A stretch of 64,000 nt of DNA from Actinomycetota bacterium (lineage in GTDB: Bacteria > Actinomycetota > Acidimicrobiia > Acidimicrobiales > Aldehydirespiratoraceae), in assembly GCA_029979265.1 (NCBI GenBank), contig JAPOHW010000017.1, positions 3,047 through 67,046 of the forward strand, given 5' to 3'. Below, piece after piece: positions 43,407-52,234 of the stretch (positions are counted from its first letter, which is position 1; the number at the start of each line of letters is the position of its first letter). A program made the translations under genes and the position numbers. The notes under the pieces are model-generated. The model worked only from the letters and a program-made list of their open reading frames with translations. It did not search any database and was not told the origin of the DNA.

Positions 43407-44972
43407 TCATCGTGGATCCGACCCAGAGCGCTCGTGGCTGACGAACCGACGCAAGACATTCGTCGTCACCTGCGCAACCTGGGGGTCACCGAGTCCGAAC
43501 GCCCAGTCGGTCGACCCGACGGTCACGACCTCTCCACCGGTCGCGAAGGGACGACAGGTGAGCATGGCCGCATTGCCGTGCCGAGCCTTGGCCATGTTCT
43601 CGTCGGTCACGCCGCCGTGGATGCGGTCGGCGACGAACTCGAGATCGCCTTGGTCCGACAGGGCAGCGATCGATTTCGGGTAGTCGCCGACGCCGAGGTT
43701 GCTGGCCGGTACCAGACCGACGATCTCGAGTTCTGCCGGGACGTCGGTGTCGCGTCGAGGTACCGGCAGGCCGACGTCGTCGATCTGAATCGGTAGCCCG
43801 ACCGTCTCGTACCCGACGACCCCGGCATCTCGGCCGAGCACGTCGCCGTAGCCAAGTCCGGTGCCGTCGAGCAGCCAGTGATTGGGCCGGTACACGATGA
43901 ACCCACCGACGCCGCGAGCGGTGGCGTTTCCGAAGCGGTGGTAGAGACCGAACGCCGATCCGGCGCCGAGGAACGACCATTCCGGTCGCTGAACGAGCGG
44001 GTCGGCCCACATGCCGGTGATGCCGGTGGGGTCGGTTGTCGCGATCGGGTCCGTCTCGTGGGCGGAGTATTTGTGGCCGATCATCGTTGAACCGCTGTTG
44101 GCACCCTCGCCGAGCCGGACCTGCCAAAACATCGTGTTGCCCGAGAACGACGCGAAATGACCACCGCTGGCGACGTGGCGTTCGACGGCGTCGCGCTGGC
44201 CGGCCGACCAGTACTCGTCGTGGCCGACGCTGAGGACCAGGTCGTAGCCGTCGAGGATGGCGGGGTCGTGCTCGAGGTCTGACGAGATTGCGTAGTCGAA
44301 GGCGTGGCCGTCGCGTTCGGCCCATTCGACGAAGCGGCGTTCGTAGGTGAACCAGCCGGTTGAGCCGATCGCCGACGGATAGTTCCGTTCGGTGCGGTAC
44401 GCCTGGAAGATCAGGCCGTCGGCGTCGGGTTCCTCGCCGGTGTGAACGGGTCGGGCCTTGCGATCCTTGCGGTCGACCTCGGGCCGATCGAGCATGCCGC
44501 GGGCAAAGGGGCGGTGAAACGAAACCTGCGTGCCCCCGGTGTAGAGACTGCGTCCGCCCCAGGTGTTGTACGCGTTCCAGGTGTTGGTGGCGAGCACGAG
44601 CATCGCTGGCCGACGGCGGTTGTCGGCCCGGATGACCACACCGGCGTGAGCGATCCGTCGATCGCTGGGGCCTTCTTCGGCGGTGAGGGTGATCAGATAG
44701 AAGCCTGAACGCCACGACGTGTCGGTCGGGACCTCGACCGACACGGGCCAGCCGCAGCCCTGTGCGTCGGCGTCGGCCGGAAGATCGTGGTGGGTGCCGG
44801 GCAGGCCCGATGCCGACCACACGTGTTCGCGTTCGGCTCCCCACCGTTCGACGGTCAGGCCGTAGCGGTCGGCCACGGTGGAGACGCAGATCTCGATCGT
44901 GTCGCCTGCCCGGATGCTCAGTGCGCGGCAGTAGCCCTCGATGAGGTCGTGAAACGTCTGGTCGTCGGCCAT
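43407..44972 (-). CDS. N,N-dimethylformamidase large(beta)-subunit-like family protein
   Basis: 521 aa. The LVLATNTWNAYNTWGGRSLY block and overall layout match what I recall for this family (DUF6605-type). Confidence 0.6.
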   Translation of the reverse strand: MADDQTFHDLIEGYCRALSIRAGDTIEICVSTVADRYGLTVERWGAEREHVWSASGLPGTHHDLPADADAQGCGWPVSVEVPTDTSWRSGFYLITLTAEEGPSDRRIAHAGVVIRADNRRRPAMLVLATNTWNAYNTWGGRSLYTGGTQVSFHRPFARGMLDRPEVDRKDRKARPVHTGEEPDADGLIFQAYRTERNYPSAIGSTGWFTYERRFVEWAERDGHAFDYAISSDLEHDPAILDGYDLVLSVGHDEYWSAGQRDAVERHVASGGHFASFSGNTMFWQVRLGEGANSGSTMIGHKYSAHETDPIATTDPTGITGMWADPLVQRPEWSFLGAGSAFGLYHRFGNATARGVGGFIVYRPNHWLLDGTGLGYGDVLGRDAGVVGYETVGLPIQIDDVGLPVPRRDTDVPAELEIVGLVPASNLGVGDYPKSIAALSDQGDLEFVADRIHGGVTDENMAKARHGNAAMLTCRPFATGGEVVTVGSTDWAFGLGDPQVAQVTTNVLRRFVSHERSGSDPR

Positions 44973-45023
44973 TGCTGCAACGTAGATGTCATCGACCCTG
45001 CGGGTCGAACAACGGCCCGGACC

Positions 45024-45536
45024 CTACGGGTCGAACAACGGCTCGGTGAACGATTCCGATGTCAAGCCCTCTGTCGGTTCGGCCGCCCCTGCGAACCCGT
45101 GGCGACGCCAGGCGTCGTAGACGACAACACTCACGGCATTGGCGAGGTTGAGACTCCGACTCGGGGCCAGCATCGGGATCGTGAGCATCCGGTCGGCACC
45201 GATGAGATCGAGCCCGTCGCGATCGAGTCCGGCTCGCTCGGCGCCGAACGCAAGGACGTCGGTGGGGATGATCGGCGCGTCGGCATATCGGGTCGTGGCC
45301 CTCGAGGAGAAGCCCCACCACCGGCCGGGGAGCGCCGCGGCAGCCTCGTCGAGCGATCGGTGGACGACCACGGTTGCATGTTCGTGATAGTCGAGCCCGG
45401 CTCGTTTCAGGAGGGTGTCGTCGAGTGTGAACCCCAGCGGCTCGACGAGGTGGAGTCCGGCACCGGTGTTGGCGCAGAGTCGGATGATCGCGCCGGTGTT
45501 GTGGGCAATCTCGGGCCGGATCAGGACGATGTCCAT
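45024..45536 (-). CDS. trmL: tRNA (cytidine/uridine-2'-O)-methyltransferase TrmL (SpoU family)
   Basis: IVLIRPEIAHNTGAIIRLCANTG and SLNLANAV motifs. The ATG at 45536 was chosen. Confidence 0.85.
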   Translation of the reverse strand: MDIVLIRPEIAHNTGAIIRLCANTGAGLHLVEPLGFTLDDTLLKRAGLDYHEHATVVVHRSLDEAAAALPGRWWGFSSRATTRYADAPIIPTDVLAFGAERAGLDRDGLDLIGADRMLTIPMLAPSRSLNLANAVSVVVYDAWRRHGFAGAAEPTEGLTSESFTEPLFDP

Positions 45537-45599
45537 GACTGGACCGTAGTTTGGGATCATGAGTGGCGAGTGGGTCGTCGTCGGGTGTGACGTCGACTG

Positions 45600-46427
45600 A
45601 TGGGCGCATCCTTTTTCAAGAACGACGCGGTCGACGGCGCCGCAGAGGTGCCGGTTCGTGACGCAGCAACGGTGATGGTCGTGCGTGATGCCCCCGACTT
45701 CGAGGTGCTGCTGGTACAGCGGGCGGGCGAGCTGACCTTTGCGGCCAACGCGTGGGTCTTTCCCGGGGGACGAGTCGACCGAGCCGACGCCGACGATGCC
45801 GCACGGGTCGGCATCAACCTCACCGACGCTGCCGCATCAGCTGCGTTGCAGATCGACCACGGCGGACTGGCCTGGTGGTTCGCCGCGGTGCGGGAGACCC
45901 TCGAAGAGGTCGGCTTGCTGCTCGGGACGCCGTCGATCGATGTGTCGATGCTGCCCGCCTTGCGAGCCGCACTCGACGAGGGCAGCAACGCCTTCACCGA
46001 TCTGCTCGTCGAGCACGGCATTGCACTCGATCTGAGCACGCTGTACGAGGTGGCCCGGTTCGTGACACCGGTGGGCCCGGCTCGACGATTCGACACGCGC
46101 TTCTTTCTCGCCTCGGCACCGTCGGCCCAACAGGCGCATCCCGACGAGTCCGAGATCATGGCGTATCGCTGGATCACCCCGGCTCGGGCGATGGCCGAAT
46201 GGCGGGCCGGTGAACTGCAGATGATGGCGGTGACCCATCGCATGCTGTCGTGCCTCGACCGGTTTCCATCGGCCGCAGCGGCCGTCGCCTGCGCCGCCGA
46301 GCAGCTCGAGCCGGCTCGTCTCCGCGTCGACGATCCCGACGGGGAATACATCGTCCATCTCCCGAGCGATCCCGGCTATGCAGCTGCAGAACTCGAGATC
46401 GAGCACGGATCGATCCGGCTGTACTGA
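45600..46427 (+). CDS. NUDIX-fold hydrolase with a split/atypical Nudix box
   Basis: FPGGRVD ... (about 40 aa) ... AVRETLEEVGL. The C-terminal half has unknown function. Confidence 0.65.
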   Translation: MGASFFKNDAVDGAAEVPVRDAATVMVVRDAPDFEVLLVQRAGELTFAANAWVFPGGRVDRADADDAARVGINLTDAAASAALQIDHGGLAWWFAAVRETLEEVGLLLGTPSIDVSMLPALRAALDEGSNAFTDLLVEHGIALDLSTLYEVARFVTPVGPARRFDTRFFLASAPSAQQAHPDESEIMAYRWITPARAMAEWRAGELQMMAVTHRMLSCLDRFPSAAAAVACAAEQLEPARLRVDDPDGEYIVHLPSDPGYAAAELEIEHGSIRLY

Positions 46428-46449
46428 CGGCAGCCGACGGAAAATGACC

Positions 46450-46475
46450 GATGCCGGCCCCGAGGGACCGGCATC
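46450..46475. terminator. GC-rich hairpin between the NUDIX gene and tRNA-Ser (possible bidirectional terminator)
   Basis: GATGCCGG..CC-CGAG-GG..CCGGCATC. On the minus strand it is followed by GGUCAUUUUCC. Confidence 0.4.
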
Positions 46476-46480
46476 AGGAG

Positions 46481-46570
46481 TGGCGGAAGGTATGGGATTC
46501 GAACCCATGGTGACCCGGAGGCCACAACGGCTTTCGAGGCCGCCCCATTCGTCCGCTCTGGCAACCTTCC
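46481..46570 (-). tRNA. tRNA-Ser (anticodon CGA)
   Basis: Class II tRNA with acceptor GGAAGGU/ACCUUCC, anticodon loop CUCGAAA, a long variable arm and T-loop UUCGAAU. CCA is encoded. Confidence 0.9.
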
Positions 46571-46689
46571 GGCGCCGAGGTTAGCGGCACCCCGAGGAAC
46601 GGCCCACCCTGTCCGCCTGCCCCGATATCGATGGTGACGACCTCCGAGCCTCATCGGCTCCCTCCGCTGCGGCATCGTAGGGTTGGACC

Positions 46690-47505
46690 ATGAACGACAG
46701 CGGCGCCGTCACGGGTGCGACCTTTGGTGACGAGTTGCGTCGGTGGCGCGACGCGCGCCGTTTCTCGCAGCTTGCGCTTGCTGCCGCAGCCGATGTGTCG
46801 CAACGGCATCTCTCGTTTCTCGAAACCGGACGAAGCAAACCCAGCCGCGACATGGTGCTTCATCTCGCCCAGACCCTCGAGCTCCCGCTGCGAGCCCGAA
46901 ATGCGCTGCTTGCCGCGGCCGGCTTCTCCGCCGAGTACCCCGAGCGTGCCGTCGACGAGCCTGCGGCAGGCGAGGTGGGCGATGTCCTGCAGACCGTTCT
47001 CGACACGCACAGTGCATTTCCCACCCATGTTGTCGACCGGGGATGGGACATCGTCGTGGCCAACCCGGCGTGGGCCCGCCTCGTTGCACTGAGCGAGATC
47101 GACGTGCCCGTTGACGTCGCCACGAACACTCTTCGCCTGTGTCTTCATCCCGACGGCATCCGACCCACCATCGTCAACTGGGAAACCTTCGCCGCGTCGC
47201 TGCTCGACCGTGTCGAACGGGCCAGAGGCCGAGCACCGTTCGACGAGCGGCTCGATGCACTCGTCACCGAGGTAGGGACCTACCCCGGTGTCGCCGATCT
47301 TGCCGACCGTCGTCCCGGGCGGCCGAGCAACGAGCTGCTCATGCCGATGATGCTCGACATGCCGGTCGGCCGTTTGCGATTCGTGTCGATGGTCGCAGAA
47401 CTAGACGGACCCTTCGACGTCGCCCTCGACGAACTTCGCATCAAGACGTTGCTGCCGCTCGACCGTGACACCGAGCTCGCCCTCCAGGAAGCGACCGGGC
47501 ACTGA
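46690..47505 (+). CDS. XRE-family HTH regulator with MmyB-like C-terminal domain
   Basis: HTH: LRRWRDARRFSQLALAAAADVSQRHLSFLETGRSKPS, followed by an effector-type domain of about 190 aa. Confidence 0.8.
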   Translation: MNDSGAVTGATFGDELRRWRDARRFSQLALAAAADVSQRHLSFLETGRSKPSRDMVLHLAQTLELPLRARNALLAAAGFSAEYPERAVDEPAAGEVGDVLQTVLDTHSAFPTHVVDRGWDIVVANPAWARLVALSEIDVPVDVATNTLRLCLHPDGIRPTIVNWETFAASLLDRVERARGRAPFDERLDALVTEVGTYPGVADLADRRPGRPSNELLMPMMLDMPVGRLRFVSMVAELDGPFDVALDELRIKTLLPLDRDTELALQEATGH

Positions 47506-47523
47506 TGGCAACGAGTGGGTGCT

Positions 47524-48828
47524 CTAGCGGCGCTGAACCCGGGCAGCCACCCACAACACGCCGGACACGGCAAGCAGGAGGGCAAGCCTGACGAGGTCGG
47601 CGCGAGACGCCGTTGCGAGCTGGTGGACGAGCAGCACCGAGGCGGCGACTGCGCCCAGCGGCGCCATCCACGTCGGCGCCCGATAGCCGTGCGCAGCTTC
47701 CGGCGAACGACGAGTGGCCACCGCTGCGATGTTCACAGCGACGAGTACGGCAAGGAGCAATGTCACCGCCGCCTCCGCCAAGTCCGACACGGCGCCGGTC
47801 GCGGCCATGGCGGCCGCGATCACCGCCATGGCCAGCGATGCGACGACCGGAGTGCGACGGGCGGGAAGCAGGCGGCTGAACGTTGCGGGGACGTGACCGT
47901 CGACGGCCATGCCGTAGAGCAGCCGACTCGACGCCACCAATGCGAACAGGCAGGTGTTGGTCACGGCGACGAGTGCGACGAGGGCGTACCAGCGGGTGGG
48001 GACACCGAGCGGACCGGCGCCGGCAACCTCGAGCAGCGGCCCGTCGGAGGCCGCCAACACGTCCGGATCGACGGCAACGGTGGAAACGACGGTGACGGCC
48101 AGGTACAGCGCCGACGCAGTTGCAACGGCTGCGAACAGCACTGGCGGAAATGTCCTTCGGGGATCGTGGACCTCCTCGGACAGGTGCGCGGCGTCCTCGA
48201 ACCCGAGAAAGGCGAAAAAGGCGAGGGCGGTTGCGCTGAGCCAGCCACCGATCGCCAGGTTCGACGTATCGACGAGACGGCCGGCATCGCCACCACCGTC
48301 GGCGATCGCCGCTGTCGCGATCACGAGGACGACGAGGAGGCCGACGATCTCGACGAGCGTCATCACGACGTTGGCGTTGGCGGTCGATTCGATACCGCGC
48401 AGGCTCAGCGCGGTCAGAGCAGCGACCACGCCGCCAGCGACGAGTACGACCGGCGCATCGATGAACTCGGCGAGGTAATCGCCGGCGAATGCTCGGGCGG
48501 TCGTCGCTGCTGTCATCAGTGAACTCAGCATCACTGCCATCCCGACGGCGAAGGTGAGCGCGGGGATTCCGGCCGCCCGGTCGACGTAGAGGGCCGAGCC
48601 GGCTGAGCCGGGGAAGCGGGTGGTGAGCTCTGCATAGGCCGCCGCGGAAAGTGCGGCAATGCCGAATGCGGTCCCGAACGCAAGCCACGCCATGCCGCCG
48701 AGTTCACCGGCGACGTCGCCGACGAGGATGTAGATCCCGGCCCCGAGAATGTCGCCCACCACCATCAGGTAGAGCAGGCGGGCCCCGATGGCCGGCCGAA
48801 GACCGCTGCGCTCACCCACCGATGTCAT
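47524..48828 (-). CDS. APC-family amino acid/polyamine permease
   Basis: 434 aa with 12 TM segments and N-terminal motif MVVGDILGAGIY. Confidence 0.85.
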   Translation of the reverse strand: MTSVGERSGLRPAIGARLLYLMVVGDILGAGIYILVGDVAGELGGMAWLAFGTAFGIAALSAAAYAELTTRFPGSAGSALYVDRAAGIPALTFAVGMAVMLSSLMTAATTARAFAGDYLAEFIDAPVVLVAGGVVAALTALSLRGIESTANANVVMTLVEIVGLLVVLVIATAAIADGGGDAGRLVDTSNLAIGGWLSATALAFFAFLGFEDAAHLSEEVHDPRRTFPPVLFAAVATASALYLAVTVVSTVAVDPDVLAASDGPLLEVAGAGPLGVPTRWYALVALVAVTNTCLFALVASSRLLYGMAVDGHVPATFSRLLPARRTPVVASLAMAVIAAAMAATGAVSDLAEAAVTLLLAVLVAVNIAAVATRRSPEAAHGYRAPTWMAPLGAVAASVLLVHQLATASRADLVRLALLLAVSGVLWVAARVQRR

Positions 48829-48885
48829 GGACAGAGTGTGCCCGAACCACCGTGGACCACATCGGGACCTTGGTCCCGGCCAGGG

Positions 48886-49653
48886 TTACAGGCCGGCGTA
48901 CCAGTCGTAGCCCCGTTCACCCCAGTAGTCGGCGCCCTGATCGCGCCGGAACTGGATCGATCCGATGCGCTTGATCTGCTTGATGCCGTATTTCAGCGGT
49001 GTGGCCAACCGCAGGGGGGCGCCGTTGCGGTCACTGATCGCTTCACCGAAGTTGTCGTAGGCGAGCAGTGTCTGCGGATGACGCATCGTGGCCATGTCGA
49101 CCGACACGTAGTACTCACCGTCCGGCGTCTGGAGGAAGACGTGCGTGATGTCGTCCGGGAGGCGGTCCTGGTACAGGGCGAAGAAGTCGCTGAAGCGAGC
49201 GCCCTGCCAGTTGGTGACCTGTGACCAGCCCTCGATGCATTTGTGTTCGATCGTCATCTCGTGCCACGGAAGGGCCTTGATGTCGTCGAGTGCATGCGTG
49301 CCCAACTGTTCGCCGTCGGGACCGAGCACCGTGATCTCCCAGGTGTCGAGGTCGATGTCGTCACGAATGCCGTGGAGTCCGTTCACCCGAAGGACCGAGG
49401 CTTCCGAGATCGGGTATTCGGTTGCGAGATGGTCGTCGCGCATCAATGTCGACCAGATCGCTTCATTCGTCTCGTGGACGGCGCGGAGTGGGCCCGGGAT
49501 CCGAAAGTCGGGATCTGCACCCTGCAGACTGCGCCAGCCGGCGACGCCCGCCAGTGCGGCGACCCCACCGGTCACGAACGATCGCCGCGACCGCCGTCGG
49601 TATGCCTCGACGGTCAGTTCCTGTTGTTCAGACAACGGTCGACTCCCTGTCAC
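48886..49653 (-). CDS. Molybdopterin-dependent oxidoreductase (sulfite-oxidase-fold, YedY/MsrP-like), Tat-exported
   Basis: Twin-arginine signal RRRSRRSFVTGG. HKCIEGWS and APLRLATPLKYG motifs. Confidence 0.85.
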   Translation of the reverse strand: MTGSRPLSEQQELTVEAYRRRSRRSFVTGGVAALAGVAGWRSLQGADPDFRIPGPLRAVHETNEAIWSTLMRDDHLATEYPISEASVLRVNGLHGIRDDIDLDTWEITVLGPDGEQLGTHALDDIKALPWHEMTIEHKCIEGWSQVTNWQGARFSDFFALYQDRLPDDITHVFLQTPDGEYYVSVDMATMRHPQTLLAYDNFGEAISDRNGAPLRLATPLKYGIKQIKRIGSIQFRRDQGADYWGERGYDWYAGL

Positions 49654-50383
49654 GCTCGTCGGTGAGCAGTTCGTAGCCCGAGACCATGGCCATGAAGGTG
49701 TGGCGTCCCGATCGCGCCACCTGGACGATGTGAACGACGAAGAAAAGGATGAACACGATGCTGGCGGTGAAGTGGATCAGTCGGGCGGAGGAGTAGCCAC
49801 CGAACATCGTCACGAGGACGCTGAGCTGGGTCGGCTTGAACAGGGCGAATCCGGTCGCGGTCGCCACGGCGCCGAGCATGATGATGCCGGTGTAGGACGT
49901 CTGTTGGGCGGCGTTGTAGTAGCCGGCCTTGGCGGGAGCCTCGCGGCGAAGTCCGAGGTCGTGGAGCACGGTCGCCGGGACGCGTTTCAGCGCCCGCATG
50001 CTCGGTACGACCTTGCGCCATTCGCCCGTCCACGCCGTGTATGCGGTGTAGGCCAGTCCGTTGAGGACGAAGAGCCACGCAAAGCTGAGGTGAAACGCGA
50101 GGCCGCGGGCCAACTTTCGGTCGAAGCCGAGCGGTTCGTTGATCCAGTCGGGGAAGAACTGGAACCACTCCCACTCGAGGATGCCGAAGGCCCATTCCTG
50201 TTCCGCCCAGTAGATCCGGAAGCCGCTCCACAACATGATCACGAGCAGCGGGAAGTTGACCCAGTGCATCCAGCGGCTCCCGCGGCGGTGACGCAGCACG
50301 GCACGGCCGCCGGGTTCGGGGGGCGGCGGTGCGGGGCCGGACGGTTGGCCTGCGACGGCGTCGGGCTGGCGTGGTTCGGTCAT
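49628..50383 (-). CDS. Membrane cytochrome b (b561 / Ni-hydrogenase-type) partner subunit
   Basis: 251 aa with 4-5 TM helices and conserved His (HWVNF, HLSF, HFTA). The ATG at 50383 was chosen. It overlaps the downstream molybdoenzyme start by 26 nt. Confidence 0.7.
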   Translation of the reverse strand: MTEPRQPDAVAGQPSGPAPPPPEPGGRAVLRHRRGSRWMHWVNFPLLVIMLWSGFRIYWAEQEWAFGILEWEWFQFFPDWINEPLGFDRKLARGLAFHLSFAWLFVLNGLAYTAYTAWTGEWRKVVPSMRALKRVPATVLHDLGLRREAPAKAGYYNAAQQTSYTGIIMLGAVATATGFALFKPTQLSVLVTMFGGYSSARLIHFTASIVFILFFVVHIVQVARSGRHTFMAMVSGYELLTDERDRESTVV

Positions 50384-50506
50384 CGGGTCGAGAACGTACC
50401 CCGGGCCGGAATGGTTCCCCGGTCCGCTCGATTTCGCACCGGTGACGGGTTGCCGGTCGATCGACAGATGAGCGGCCTCGAAGAGGGGCGGGCTAGCGTC
50501 GCCCCC

Positions 50507-51643
50507 ATGTCTGCGAGCACTCGCACGGTTGTGATCAGCGGTTCGGGCGTCTTCACACCGCCCGATGTGATCACCAATGAAGAATTGGTCGAGGCCTTCA
50601 ACGCGTTCGCCGAGAGGGAAAACGCCCGCCACGCCGACGCGATCGCCGCCGGTGAGCGTGAGCCGATTCCGTTGTCGAACGTCGAGTTCATCGTGAAGGC
50701 GTCCGGCATCGAGCGCCGCCACGTGATGGACAAGCACGGGGTGCTCGACCCCGACGTCATGCATCCACTGCTGCGCCAGCGCAACGACGACGAGCCCGGG
50801 ATCATGACCGAGATGGCGGTCGACGCTGCGCTCGAGGCAATGCAGCAGGCGGGCCGCACCGCCGACCAGATCGACGCCGTCATCTGTGCGGCGTCGAACC
50901 ACGAACGGGCCTACCCAGCCATCGCGATCGAGGTGCAGGCAGCCCTCGGCATCGAGGGGTTCGCCTACGACATGAACGTCGCGTGCTCCTCGGCGACGTT
51001 CGCCATCCAGAACGCAGCCGACATGATCCGCTCCGGCTCGGCCGACTCGGTGCTCATCGTCAACCCCGAGATCTGCTCGGGTCATCTCGAGTGGCGGGAT
51101 CGGGACTGTCACTTCATCTTCGGTGACGTGTGCACGGCGTTGGTCGTGGAAGCGAAGGAGAACGCCAGCTCTGATGATCAGTTCGAGGTGCTGTCGACCC
51201 GACTGCTCACCCAGTTCTCGAACAACATCCGGAACAACAACGGCTTTCTGCGCCGAAGTCGGCCCGGGGGGCTCGACGATCGCCGAGACATGCAGTTCAT
51301 GCAGAACGGTCGGCAGGTCTTCAAGCAGGTCGTGCCGATGGTGAGCGAGATGATCATCGAGCATTGTGCAGACGAGGGCATCGAGCCGACCCGCCTCAAG
51401 CGGCTCTGGCTGCATCAGGCGAACAAGTCGATGAACGACTTCATCGGCAAGAAGGTCATGGGCCGCGAGCCGACCCCCGACGAGCAGCCCAACATCTTGC
51501 AGGAGTACGCGAACACGTCCTCGGCCGGGTCGATCATCGCGTTTTCGCACCATCACCGCGACCTCGAGCCCGGTGATCTGGCGGTGATCTGTTCGTTCGG
51601 AGCCGGCTATTCCGCCGGAAACGTCATCGTGCGGCGGGTGTGA
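50507..51643 (+). CDS. Beta-ketoacyl-ACP synthase III family (FabH-like, long form)
   Basis: Catalytic triad contexts ACSSATFA (Cys), WLHQANKS (His) and NTSSAGS (Asn). The ATG at 50507 was chosen over the 832-aa track ORF. Confidence 0.85.
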   Translation: MSASTRTVVISGSGVFTPPDVITNEELVEAFNAFAERENARHADAIAAGEREPIPLSNVEFIVKASGIERRHVMDKHGVLDPDVMHPLLRQRNDDEPGIMTEMAVDAALEAMQQAGRTADQIDAVICAASNHERAYPAIAIEVQAALGIEGFAYDMNVACSSATFAIQNAADMIRSGSADSVLIVNPEICSGHLEWRDRDCHFIFGDVCTALVVEAKENASSDDQFEVLSTRLLTQFSNNIRNNNGFLRRSRPGGLDDRRDMQFMQNGRQVFKQVVPMVSEMIIEHCADEGIEPTRLKRLWLHQANKSMNDFIGKKVMGREPTPDEQPNILQEYANTSSAGSIIAFSHHHRDLEPGDLAVICSFGAGYSAGNVIVRRV

Positions 51644-51646
51644 CGA

Positions 51647-52174
51647 TCAGTCGGCCGATGCCTCGGCATCGGCCAGGTCGGCACCGGTTTCGGCGTCCTG
51701 TTCGGCCCGGCGGTGCATGACGAGCTCGAAGCCGGCGAAGGTGAACGCACCGCACACGACGAACATGTCGGCGACGTTGAACACGGCGTACCAGCTGACA
51801 TCGATGAAGTCGATCACCTCGCCCGACAGGAATCCGTCCTCGGCCCGCAGCAGTCGATCGGCGAGGTTGCCGATGGCGCCGCCCATGATCGTGGCGAGGA
51901 TCCAGACCCGTCCCATCGACTCGGAGACGGCGATCTGCCAGACCAGGAACCCGATCAGGCCGAGGACCACGATGCCGATGGAGGGACCGAACCCGGCGCC
52001 GGTACTGAACGAGAAGCCGCTGTTGTAGGCAAGATCGAATTCGAGTGTCGGTACGATCTCGATCGTGTCGCCGTCACCGAGTGCAGACTCGGCCCAGGCT
52101 TTGGTGACCTGATCGAGCGCCACCGTGACCACGACAACGGCCAGCGTCGTGACGAGGGTGCGGGGGCCGGACAC
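51647..52174 (-). CDS. lspA: Lipoprotein signal peptidase (signal peptidase II)
   Basis: 175 aa. DQVTK, NSGFSF, GGAIGNLADR and FNVAD motifs. Confidence 0.9.
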   Translation of the reverse strand: MSGPRTLVTTLAVVVVTVALDQVTKAWAESALGDGDTIEIVPTLEFDLAYNSGFSFSTGAGFGPSIGIVVLGLIGFLVWQIAVSESMGRVWILATIMGGAIGNLADRLLRAEDGFLSGEVIDFIDVSWYAVFNVADMFVVCGAFTFAGFELVMHRRAEQDAETGADLADAEASAD

Positions 52175-52234
52175 GCCAAGGACGCTACCGGTATCGGCGT
52201 CGGCTGTTGCCCCGGGCGGAGTGGCCCGACGATG

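Noticed and set aside
49145-51643. 832-aa ORF in the track preceding the KAS III sequence
   Set aside because: The N-terminal ~450 codons run antisense to the well-supported molybdoenzyme and cytochrome b genes and have low-complexity composition. The KAS III homology starts at ATG 50507.
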